DNA of 64,000 nt from assembly GCA_029856105.1 (NCBI GenBank), contig JAHQWH010000189.1, positions 32,001 to 96,000 on the forward strand. Direction: 5' to 3'. Made by a program: the position numbers and the translations under genes. Shown piece after piece: positions 42,014 through 50,885 of the stretch (position 1 is its first letter; each line of letters opens with the position of its first letter). Under the pieces are notes generated by a model. The model was not told the origin of the DNA. It did no database searches and saw only the letters and a list, made by a program, of their open reading frames with translations. Origin of the DNA: Promethearchaeia archaeon (GTDB taxonomy: Archaea > Asgardarchaeota > Lokiarchaeia > Sigyniarchaeales > SOKP01).

Positions 42014-42627
42014 ATGGGAAGGAGAAAAAGAAAGCAACAATCTTATAAAAGAGTCAAAACAGTCCCCAAAATTTTTACTTGCCCAAACAGGTAATTATGG
42101 TTTTCCCATTTACCTTGGATTGTGGGGAAAAGGCAATAAAAGTAGAAAATTTACGAAAAAGTGTTATAGCTACAGTGAAATGTGGTCATTGTGGTTTAAC
42201 AAAGGAAGTTCTGGTTAATTCCATATCAGAACCTGTTGATGCTTTTGGAGATTTTATTGATATTCATTATGCTGATCAAGAACTTCAGAGATTAGAAAAA
42301 CGCATTGAGAAATTAATAAAACAAAACGAATGGGGGGAACTTGCATTATCCTACTCAATTTTATCGGATATTTGTAAACTTAAAGTTGTTCAAGCTTTAG
42401 AAGACGAAGATAAAGTAGATCTTGATGAGGTTAATAAATGGAAAATTAAAGTTGAAGAATATAAAAGGCTTGAAAAAGATGCTCTACTTCAATTAGACAC
42501 GCTTGAATTGGAAAAGGGTATTAGAACAGACGACGAATCTTTATTTTCAGAGCACGATGAGAGTGATATGAAAAAAGAAAAGAAAATTGAAGATATCTTT
42601 GACGATCCTGGTTTTCTTGAATTTTAA
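42014..42627 (+). CDS. elf1: Transcription elongation factor Elf1, spliced: join(42014..42088,42121..42627), 193 aa
   Basis: Exon 1 MGRRKRKQQSYKRVKTVPKIFTCPN + exon 2 CGEKAIKV...VKCGHCGL...EPVDAFGDFID gives the Elf1 basic N-terminus, Zn ribbon and helix; unspliced exon 1 stops at TAA 42092-42094. Confidence 0.9.
42089..42120 (+). other. Candidate 32-nt bulge-helix-bulge mRNA intron
   Basis: Central helix CCAA(42083-86):UUGG(42115-18), bulges ACA(42087-89) and AUU(42119-21), inner helices GGUAA:UUACC and AUGG:CCAU, outer helix CUUGC:GUGGG. Confidence 0.88.
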
Positions 42628-42641
42628 ATAAATTGATTTCT

Positions 42642-44381
42642 TTAATTAAGCACTTTGTGTTCAATTCTCTTTTTAACGGTAAGCGGAATATGTTTCCAAA
42701 TCGGAAGTTTTAAGATTAAATTGAAAAAGCGAGTTCGATTCAATTTTTTTTTTAAAATAAAGTAACTCCAGTTGTAAAATGCTAATTTATTAAAGAGATT
42801 CATTAAGTTCACACCAAATAGATTATATCTTGAAGTTAGAAAACTTGCTAAATATGCACCTAATCGCTTATTTCGTGGGATTGATTCAGGATATACTGAT
42901 TCTGATAGAGGTCTATTGAAAATTTCATAAATTGAAAAAATGGGTATAAGATCATCTAAATATTCATTTACAATTATATTATAATTTGAGTTCTCTAACG
43001 ATAAAGCAGAAAGCTCATTTAATTTTTTTAAGGCAAGATTAAATTGTTGTTCCTTAAAATAAAGCCACATAGTTCCCATTGTATCTCTCAATTTCACTAA
43101 CTCATCGATAATTTCCTTTTCTTTAAAAGAAAATGAGTTTTTTTTCTCGAAATGTGTTATATAAAGTAAAAATATTGAATAAATAGAGGTATTATCAAAT
43201 TCAGTTAAAATATTATTTTCCTTAGCCTTTTGGAGATCAATTTCATTATTTGATTTATTATGGATAGAATGAGTATATAATGGTATTGTCCATAACATTT
43301 TCAAAATTTTTTCCATCAGTCGAATATGGAGCGTATATTCTTCAATTTTTGAAAATTTTTGAGATCGCTTCAAACTAGGAACTGAAAAGGTTTTAGATTG
43401 ATCGATTCTAAATTTAAATCTATTAATTCTCTTTAATTTATTAATCAATTCTTTTCTTTGTTTTTTATTTATTAAAATCTTTTCAATTAGCAACTTCTTT
43501 ATTGATATTAACTTCTTTATGTAGATATAGAAATCTACATTGTATTTTTTTACAATATAATCGTGCGTTATTAAAGGAATGCTTATTGTTTGTTTTTGGG
43601 TTTTAGTCTCAATACTCATTGCATGGTCCCCTATAGTATATGAAAATGTAATTGTTTCAAGAGCTTCTTCTAAACGGGAATATACACCTAACTTTTTTGG
43701 ATCGTGTGTGAAATAACCGTGCAAGAGAGTATCGATTCCTTTAAACATATTATTTTCATATTTTGAAATTATAACAGATTCAAATTCACCAGGATGATGC
43801 CTTTTAATGCCGTACCGTTTACCCACAAGAAAGATTGCTTGATTAGCTCTATGACATATGGTATGAGACCACCTAAACAATGGTTCTAATATTTTTCCAA
43901 TTGTTAATAAATATCCATAAAATTCTGGTCCAAAATAGATAGGGAATCCAAAACCTCGAGATGTTGAAAATGTAAATTGGAAAACATTCCTTGTTTTCTC
44001 ACCTTTTAGAAATCCGGGAAATTTATAGTGTAAAGCTAATCTGGGATAAAGTGCTCCCAAACCCAAATTCATCCACATCTCAAATAGAATTATGCTGTCA
44101 GGAAATTTGAATGAATCTTTTTTGATTAAGAAATCATCTCTCGATGTGTTTAACGCAGTTGGAATAGCGTAGAGCCAATCTTTATTGCTTTCTAAAGGAT
44201 TTAGGCGGTTTTTAAACTTTTTTACCAACAATCGTTTTTTCTGGTTTTGTACTATAGCTTTTTTATAATAATAGTTATTCAGAACTCTAAAAAGAGAAGG
44301 AATTTCTAGGATTTGTCTTTGAAGATCATGAACTACTTTTACTTTAATAACTCCTGAATTCTTATTTGAGGATTGCTGCAC
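42642..44381 (-). CDS. Hypothetical protein
   Basis: 579-aa ORF, no recognised motif. Confidence 0.7.
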   Translation of the reverse strand: MQQSSNKNSGVIKVKVVHDLQRQILEIPSLFRVLNNYYYKKAIVQNQKKRLLVKKFKNRLNPLESNKDWLYAIPTALNTSRDDFLIKKDSFKFPDSIILFEMWMNLGLGALYPRLALHYKFPGFLKGEKTRNVFQFTFSTSRGFGFPIYFGPEFYGYLLTIGKILEPLFRWSHTICHRANQAIFLVGKRYGIKRHHPGEFESVIISKYENNMFKGIDTLLHGYFTHDPKKLGVYSRLEEALETITFSYTIGDHAMSIETKTQKQTISIPLITHDYIVKKYNVDFYIYIKKLISIKKLLIEKILINKKQRKELINKLKRINRFKFRIDQSKTFSVPSLKRSQKFSKIEEYTLHIRLMEKILKMLWTIPLYTHSIHNKSNNEIDLQKAKENNILTEFDNTSIYSIFLLYITHFEKKNSFSFKEKEIIDELVKLRDTMGTMWLYFKEQQFNLALKKLNELSALSLENSNYNIIVNEYLDDLIPIFSIYEIFNRPLSESVYPESIPRNKRLGAYLASFLTSRYNLFGVNLMNLFNKLAFYNWSYFILKKKLNRTRFFNLILKLPIWKHIPLTVKKRIEHKVLN

Positions 44382-44555
44382 TGAATTAACCGAATTAAAA
44401 ACAAATAATTTCTTACTTTGATATATTTGTTTATCAATTTTAATTTTAATTGATTTGAACTATTCCTAAATTAAATTATTAAAAAGTGAAAATGAGTTGT
44501 TTTTCTAATCCCTATTTCCAAGTAAACTAAATGGATTTAAAGTTAAAATTGATTT

Positions 44556-45014
44556 TCATTGGGTGTTTCTTTTAGCGAATAAGGATTTTAACTCACCCAT
44601 AATAGCCCCTCTTAAACTTACAGGGCTGGCTGGACGAGCTCCGCCAGGACCTCCGGGCGGTGGTGGACCTCCAGGTGGGCCTCCAGGTGGACCTCCAGGT
44701 GGACCTCCAGGTGGACCTCCAGGTGGGCCAGCTGGGGGCGGTGGGGCACTACTTGGGGCTGTAGGCGCAGCAATGACTGGAGCTGCCCCCGTACCTCTCG
44801 TTCTAAGTGCCGAAACATCATTATTTATAGAATTGATTCGCGATTCTAATGTTGACATTCTTTGACCAACAACCGCTAAAGATTGATCTACTAAATCTGG
44901 TATCCTTAGAATCATTGACATCATTTTTTCAACAATATCGCCAAACGTATTCAATTTTTCTTCAAGAGGGGCTTTTTTTGTTTCTTGCATGAAATTTGCG
45001 AATTCTTCGGCCAT
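44556..45014 (-). CDS. Coiled-coil / poly-proline (GPPG)n / amphipathic-helix protein
   Basis: Heptad region, APPPPAGPPGGPPGG... tract, C-terminal SLRGAIMGELKSLFAKR. Confidence 0.8.
   Translation of the reverse strand: MAEEFANFMQETKKAPLEEKLNTFGDIVEKMMSMILRIPDLVDQSLAVVGQRMSTLESRINSINNDVSALRTRGTGAAPVIAAPTAPSSAPPPPAGPPGGPPGGPPGGPPGGPPGGPPPPGGPGGARPASPVSLRGAIMGELKSLFAKRNTQ
44662..44730. repeat. 12-bp tandem repeat GGTGG(A/G)CCTCCA, five full copies plus a partial, encoding GPPG repeats
   Basis: Directly visible; GC-rich island in an AT-rich background. Confidence 0.95.
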
Positions 45015-45156
45015 TTTACTCTCTCTAGTTTTATTAATAACGAACTTTCTTGTTAATTTTCTATTAATTATATATTTGAACTATTTAATAAATTTAAGCT
45101 CATACAAATTACAACTTAATTTAAAAAAAAATTATAAAAAAATATAAGGTATTTAC

Positions 45157-45780
45157 TTAACTAGTTTTATTGACGGCATTTTTTAAATTAACCCAGAGAT
45201 CATCAACTTCATTCTTAACTTGTAAAAATTGATTAATTTTTTTTAATAATACATCCCTTGCGCGATCAAAATCTCTTTGGGAGTCGTTCAATTCAGCCTC
45301 TAATATGTTTATCTTTTCTCCTTCGATTAAATCGTTTTTCCTTTTTTCGACAGATAACGCTTTTTTAATAACAACGCTTCTTTTACTGGCTACATCGCCT
45401 AAGGCTGCAGCAAACTCATATTTTTTTTCAATTAAATATTCTTTTTTTACTGCGAGATCCTTTATTGAATCTATGTATTTTTTATTTACTTCGATATATT
45501 CGTCATTTTTATGGATGATTTCTTGAAAATATTTGACCTCCTCGTCTTTGATATTTGATCTTCTCTCTCTTACTAGAGTTTGCATTTGCTTTAATACATC
45601 TCTAAAAGTCCTATTAACCATATCTCGTGTAAGATTTACTTTTCTCAGGTTATCAGCGTATTTTTTTTGAGAATCGATTAATGTAGTCTGGGTTTTCGCT
45701 AATTTTTTTATTTGGCTTACTAGCGCCTTCTCCATGTTGGCAAGTTCTAGTTCGTCTTCATGCGTAATTATGGGGCTCAT
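45157..45780 (-). CDS. All-helical coiled-coil protein, possibly BAR-like
   Basis: 207 aa of long amphipathic helices; EKINILEAELNDSQRDFD...LLKKINQF resembles SNX/Vps5 BAR helix 3. Confidence 0.55.
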   Translation of the reverse strand: MSPIITHEDELELANMEKALVSQIKKLAKTQTTLIDSQKKYADNLRKVNLTRDMVNRTFRDVLKQMQTLVRERRSNIKDEEVKYFQEIIHKNDEYIEVNKKYIDSIKDLAVKKEYLIEKKYEFAAALGDVASKRSVVIKKALSVEKRKNDLIEGEKINILEAELNDSQRDFDRARDVLLKKINQFLQVKNEVDDLWVNLKNAVNKTS

Positions 45781-46043
45781 AAATTTATAAATCTCCTATG
45801 TTTTGAAAAAAAATTTTTATTCTATAGTATAATATAAATCCTTCTGATAAATATATCTTTTTTGTGCATTATTGCTGATTCAAGTTATAAGTAATCATCC
45901 ATATCTTTCTGATTATCTTGAGTGTTAAAAAATTTATTATAATCTATTTTCGGGATTATAGGCAATCTTTTTATTTGACAAGTGATCATATTTAGTAGTT
46001 ATATACTGTTGTATATATTGTATAATTCCATAATATTTACTTA

Positions 46044-47087
46044 CTATCTATAAGGAAAAATGGCAGTAAGAATATTATTTTTATAATTTGCTTTTATCAC
46101 TTTAGCCTTAATATATTTTCCTATCAATACTTCGGAGAAAACGAGTGGTTTTTTCAATAATATTTTAATTCCCAGAGAATCGTTGATTTTCCCTATGCAC
46201 TCGTTTTTCCATCTTCCCCCGGAAACGATTTTTACTTTAATAAGGTCATCCTTCTTAAATTCTAACATGGATGTTTTCGTTCTTTTATGAATACCAAAGT
46301 CTCTAGGCCCAAGTTTTAGTTTTATTTCGTACTTTTTTTCTAGTTTGGATAATTGTAAATAAAAATAACCCCATGATTTTGGTCGAATTTTTTTTAATTT
46401 TCTACCTGTTTTGTAAATTAAATATTTTTGGATGCCAATTTGAATTTGTTTCTCAGAATAACCTTCGCTTCTTAAATTAATGATCAACTTAATAATATCT
46501 TCTATATCTTTGTCGTTCTCTCCTGGAAACCAAACGGGTGCAATTAAAACATTAATGTTAGAATCCAAGAGGGAATAAATATTTTTTAAAAGGCTACCAA
46601 CATCATATTTTGCACAATTGCATAAATAACAAGCAGTTTCCTCCTTTAGGCTATTTAAACTTATGTTAATTCGCGTTAAGTTGCTCTTTTTCAATTTATC
46701 AATAATATTTTTCGATAGTAATAATCCATTGCTTTGCATTGAAATAGTTGTTACTCCTTCGATATCAGAAAGATTTTTTACCAAATTAAAGAGTTCCCTA
46801 TATAACAACATTTCACCGTAAGGTGCCAGATGAATCTCGATGTTATAATTTCCTTTCATTGTTATGGCTTCTTTAACTTTATCTATTAAATAATTTGAAT
46901 CTATCACGAAATTAGTGTCGTAATCACCAGAACTTACGAAACAATACCTACAACGCAAGTTACACTGTGTTAAGGGTTTAAGTTCAAGAATGTTGGTCCC
47001 TCTGTCAATTATTCCTAGAAAATCAACGCCTGCTAGTGGAATTTCCGAAGTTCTATCGACATAATTTATGTTTTCATTCATAATCAA
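46044..47087 (-). CDS. Radical SAM protein with C-terminal TRAM-like domain
   Basis: G.IDRGTN..E, CNLRCRYC, SMQSNG. Confidence 0.88.
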   Translation of the reverse strand: MIMNENINYVDRTSEIPLAGVDFLGIIDRGTNILELKPLTQCNLRCRYCFVSSGDYDTNFVIDSNYLIDKVKEAITMKGNYNIEIHLAPYGEMLLYRELFNLVKNLSDIEGVTTISMQSNGLLLSKNIIDKLKKSNLTRINISLNSLKEETACYLCNCAKYDVGSLLKNIYSLLDSNINVLIAPVWFPGENDKDIEDIIKLIINLRSEGYSEKQIQIGIQKYLIYKTGRKLKKIRPKSWGYFYLQLSKLEKKYEIKLKLGPRDFGIHKRTKTSMLEFKKDDLIKVKIVSGGRWKNECIGKINDSLGIKILLKKPLVFSEVLIGKYIKAKVIKANYKNNILTAIFPYR

Positions 47088-47099
47088 AATTTTTCTTAT

Positions 47100-48173
47100 T
47101 TACATTTTATACCTTAAAATAGCAATCAGAGATCCTAAATTAATAATCTGTTGTCCTGTCGGGTGTTCACTACTTAAAATATGAACTTTACCGCCAATTT
47201 TTTCGACACCATTAATGATACTTTCGATTTTTAATTTTTGTTCTTTTGATGCCCCTCTAATTAAAATATCGGCGCAAAATAATTCCTTTACAGCACCTTT
47301 TTCTGTGGCATTAGAAATCTCGTCAAAACCAATGGCAATAATATCTGAGTTTGTACTAAACAAATTTAATATTTCTTCAATTTTTTCGGTTTCTTGTAAT
47401 ATTTTTACATTTTTTTTTATAATTTTTAATTCTTTTGATTTTAAAGTCTCTAATATGGCACTTTCAGTTCCGGAGCTGGCTTGAATGCTATAGATTTTTG
47501 GTAGATATGTAGATTGTGTTTTTTCTTTAAGAAATTGATTGAAATGATCCTTTGTACTTCCAGGGCCACATATAAGGATTGTGTTTATTTTTATATTCTT
47601 TATATTTTCGTCGATAAGTTTAAGAATCTCACCATAAAATTCTTCGTACGCTTTATTTCTATAAGATTGTTCATATCTTTTACCAGGAATATTTTTTTTT
47701 ATAGTGGCTAATCTATTATGACTGAAATTTGTTATTATAGCTATAGTAGCTAAACCTGTCTCAATTGCAATTATTAACATTATAAAATCAGTTTCGAATT
47801 TGGACGATTCATTAAGACGTTTTATTTCGCTCTTTAACCATTTTTCTTTAATTATTGTTAGTTTTTGGTTAGGTTCAATATTAAAAGTGTGATATTTTCC
47901 AAAAGTGATAAAATCCTCCGGGCCTTCTAAGATAGTACCTTTTACTCTTAATCTATTTGAAAATTCATGAAAAGCGACTGATTCAACTTTTAATTTCAAG
48001 TACATTGGTTTTCTTTCTCCTTTAGAACCTTCCTTTAAAACAATTTTTCTGTACGTTCGTGCTGAAATTTTATCGTTTTTAGCTATTATGTTATAGAGCG
48101 TCCATAGATCGTTTAAGTCCTCTGTTTTAACAGTAATTACTTCTTTCTTTTTATCTATTTCCAGAATTTTCAA
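47100..48173 (-). CDS. pelA: Pelota (Dom34) ribosome rescue factor
   Basis: DLW.LYN, RLRV.G.I, G.YHT, PGKR, GPG..K, SSEH..G.Q...LG...AILRY. Confidence 0.95.
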   Translation of the reverse strand: MKILEIDKKKEVITVKTEDLNDLWTLYNIIAKNDKISARTYRKIVLKEGSKGERKPMYLKLKVESVAFHEFSNRLRVKGTILEGPEDFITFGKYHTFNIEPNQKLTIIKEKWLKSEIKRLNESSKFETDFIMLIIAIETGLATIAIITNFSHNRLATIKKNIPGKRYEQSYRNKAYEEFYGEILKLIDENIKNIKINTILICGPGSTKDHFNQFLKEKTQSTYLPKIYSIQASSGTESAILETLKSKELKIIKKNVKILQETEKIEEILNLFSTNSDIIAIGFDEISNATEKGAVKELFCADILIRGASKEQKLKIESIINGVEKIGGKVHILSSEHPTGQQIINLGSLIAILRYKM

Positions 48174-48325
48174 ATAGATTATCTAACTCCAAATTTTAAA
48201 TTTATATAATTAATGTATATATAATTAAGTATAGCATAAATCAAAAGACTAACTGTCTAAGGTTCTAATATCTTGGATAAAATAAAGAAAAAAAATAATA
48301 AAATACAACAAAAACAAAAAATTTG

Positions 48326-48478
48326 TTATTCTGCTCCTAAGGCTTTTTTGACCTTTTCTAATTCTTCCATTCGTTTCTTTTTCTCTTCTTCGCGTTTTTT
48401 TAGTTCTTCATCGTCAACTTTTTGGAGCGAAACACCTTTTTTAATTTCTTCTTTTAATTCATTACCTAATGGCGTCAT
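48326..48478 (-). CDS. 50-aa WH2-like micro-protein (not in ORF track)
   Basis: MTPLGNELKEEIKKGVSLQKVDDEELKKREEEKKKRMEELEKVKKALGAE*; ATG start with GGTG upstream, T-rich tract after the stop. Confidence 0.75.
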   Translation of the reverse strand: MTPLGNELKEEIKKGVSLQKVDDEELKKREEEKKKRMEELEKVKKALGAE

Positions 48479-48586
48479 TGTTATTCAACACCTTTTATTT
48501 TAATTACTTTTTTGGGTACAATTTTAATACTTTTTATACACAAATTATAATAGAATTTATTTATAAGTCTTGGTTTTTAGATAATA

Positions 48587-49033
48587 TTAAATATTCAAAA
48601 TCATTAAATAAGCGCTTTTCTTTTGCCGGTAATAGTTCTCTATTTTCTGTACAATCCGGAAGCCAAATTTTTGATACAACCAAATGGCAACTTTATTTTT
48701 AGAGTTCACATTTAAAACTATTTCTTCAATATTGTTCATTTCTTTTATTTTATTTAAAGTATATTTTAATAGATATGATCCATAACCTTTATTCTGATAT
48801 TGTTTTCTAATAAGTAAATTAATTAAATTTATTCGATCTTCTCGATCTTGAATAACAATAATGAATCCAACAATTTTATTTGAAATATCATCTTCTATCA
48901 ACTTTAAAAAGAAAGTGTTATTTATGATAAGATTGAGGATTGAATTTTTAGAAAAAGCATCTTTCTCGAAAGTATTATTTTCCAATCTGAATATTTCATC
49001 TAAATCCTTTATACTAACAGTGTTAATTCTCAT
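48587..49033 (-). CDS. RimI/Ard1-like GNAT N-acetyltransferase
   Basis: YQNKGYG..L, L.V...N..AI.LY.KFGF......NYY. Confidence 0.9.
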   Translation of the reverse strand: MRINTVSIKDLDEIFRLENNTFEKDAFSKNSILNLIINNTFFLKLIEDDISNKIVGFIIVIQDREDRINLINLLIRKQYQNKGYGSYLLKYTLNKIKEMNNIEEIVLNVNSKNKVAIWLYQKFGFRIVQKIENYYRQKKSAYLMILNI

Positions 49034-50175
49034 TAAACTCCCAACTCTTCCTTAAATACCTTGATTGGTGTTTTTTCGGTTATTTGTTGGTATTCCTCTT
49101 CTCGAAATGGTGTTATTTCTACGATATATCCTTTTAAATTATTTTGATCAATTAACTTTACCAAATCTTTCTCGATCGCGAATGATAATGGTAATTTTAT
49201 ATTTAACCCATCATAAGATAGAAACTTACGAGGGACTTTTAATTGATTTAATAATATATTCTTAAACTCTTTTATTTTTATTTTATCACCTTCTATTTGA
49301 GCGAATATTAACAAACCATCCTCATTTATTTCCTCATAAGGTAATTTTATAGTTTTTGCTCGCCTTAAGTACCTTTCCCTCAATTGCCAATAATCCTTGG
49401 CAATAATCGTACAAAAATGAATTTTTATCTTAACTTTTGGAGCGATTTTTTTTATTAAAGTAATTGCAGTTTCATTACTATACTCTACAGAAGCTATTGT
49501 ACCTTCTTTCAATTTAAAACCGCGTTCTTTTAAGCTTTGACTATTTGGTGAACAATACTCAAATTCGTTCAAATTGATAAATTCTGCACCTATTTCATCT
49601 AAATAAAATATCAATTCTTCAAGATTTTCAACATATTCCTTTTCTGGAATTACCGGAACCTCAGCGCCTACAGACATACCCTTATCCAATGCGTATTTTA
49701 TAACGTTCCAATTTTCTTTTGGTGGGTTGAATCTAATTTCGTCTAATCCTGCTCGAGCAAGACTAATTGCTTTTGATTCGTTAAAATTAAGACCATTTGT
49801 ATAAATGTGAACATGAAATTTTTTCCCCTTTTTCGCTTTAACATATTTAATAAATTCTATAGTGTTTTCGAAGTTGGGCTCAAATAAGGGATCCCCTCCA
49901 GTGATGCTCATACCTTTTGCTTTAATTTTATTAAGCTCGTCTAATAATTGCTCTTTAGAACTAATTTGAATTTCGTTAGCATAAGTTAAATTTTTATTTT
50001 TTCTCTTTTCAGATATCGGACAATACCACCAACAATGTTTTGGATTCTGACAGATTCCGTTTAGGAATAACACGGCTTTTGTGCCATTTAAACAGTACTG
50101 ACACCCTTTGGGAATTCCCCTACTCTTTACGAAAAATGTATTTGATTTAGATTCTACTAGATTAGGCTCGCTCAT
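49033..50175 (-). CDS. Radical SAM protein (archaeal)
   Basis: PKGC..C..G.K, CQNPKHCWWYCP, ITGGDP, HIYT, LDEIRF. Confidence 0.88.
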   Translation of the reverse strand: MSEPNLVESKSNTFFVKSRGIPKGCQYCLNGTKAVLFLNGICQNPKHCWWYCPISEKRKNKNLTYANEIQISSKEQLLDELNKIKAKGMSITGGDPLFEPNFENTIEFIKYVKAKKGKKFHVHIYTNGLNFNESKAISLARAGLDEIRFNPPKENWNVIKYALDKGMSVGAEVPVIPEKEYVENLEELIFYLDEIGAEFINLNEFEYCSPNSQSLKERGFKLKEGTIASVEYSNETAITLIKKIAPKVKIKIHFCTIIAKDYWQLRERYLRRAKTIKLPYEEINEDGLLIFAQIEGDKIKIKEFKNILLNQLKVPRKFLSYDGLNIKLPLSFAIEKDLVKLIDQNNLKGYIVEITPFREEEYQQITEKTPIKVFKEELGV

Positions 50176-50879
50176 TTTTGAAATAACTTCTTTCTCACAA
50201 AGGATTTTTTGTTTGCAAGTTTTTTTAGTACCACTTCGGTAGATTCGTTAAGATCAAGTAATCTTTTTAGAAATACCCCCGTTCTACCGTGTTTTTCTCT
50301 TTTTAAAAGAACTCTTTTTCGTTCATTAATTAAATCAATACTTACATTTACTTGTTTTGCTGCCAAATGTTCGTTTCCAATTATTGAATACTCTTCATGA
50401 CCTTCTAAGGTAGGTTTAATTAATACTAATCTCTTGTCTATTCCAGGGACTCTGAGATTATCTTCTAATTGGTTTAGATTGACCTTTCCTCCAAAATCAT
50501 AAAATTCCTCTGATTTTTTATCAAACTTAGATAATGGAATAGTAATACTCTCTAACTCGTTTAAATATATGTACAATTTTAATGTATCCGTTGGTGTTGC
50601 CATTATAATTTCTCTAAAGTAATTGTTGATACCATATTTTTCAAGAATAATTTCTATTTGATAAGGTGGTATTAATTGTAAAAAGATAATATCGATATCA
50701 CTATCCTTATGAACATCTCCACGAGCAACACTTCCGTAGATAAACGGGTTTAAACCTTCTTTTGTAAACATCTCCAGTAATTCTCTAGACCGTTTTCTTT
50801 TTTGATTTAAGAGATTCAAATGATCTCTAGAGTATGCTACGGTATTATAATAATCTCTTAAAATTGTATCTTTTTTCAT
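50172..50879 (-). CDS. Pol-beta-superfamily nucleotidyltransferase (archaeal)
   Basis: YGSVARGDV...SDIDI, EFY.FGG, RVPG.DKRL, GRTGVF. Confidence 0.88.
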   Translation of the reverse strand: MKKDTILRDYYNTVAYSRDHLNLLNQKRKRSRELLEMFTKEGLNPFIYGSVARGDVHKDSDIDIIFLQLIPPYQIEIILEKYGINNYFREIIMATPTDTLKLYIYLNELESITIPLSKFDKKSEEFYDFGGKVNLNQLEDNLRVPGIDKRLVLIKPTLEGHEEYSIIGNEHLAAKQVNVSIDLINERKRVLLKREKHGRTGVFLKRLLDLNESTEVVLKKLANKKSFVRKKLFQK

Positions 50880-50885
50880 CAGAAA

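Noticed and set aside
42079-42120. ORF-track N-terminus MPKQVIMVFPFTLD for the 182-aa ORF, or a programmed frameshift
   Set aside because: This is translated intron sequence; it lacks the first Zn-ligand Cys and the basic Elf1 N-terminus, and a frameshift would leave about 10 extra residues inside CxxC.
44662-44730. CRISPR array
   Set aside because: Contiguous 12-bp units without spacers, inside a coding region; no cas genes in the window.
44563-44865. Plus-strand Gly/Pro-rich ORF and alternative-frame HLEV-repeat ORF
   Set aside because: Shadows of the near-symmetric 12-bp repeat inside the 152-aa minus-strand gene.
45781-46043. 34-aa minus-strand ORF (MITCQIKRLP...) or sRNA
   Set aside because: No ribosome-binding signal or recognisable motif; consistent with chance.
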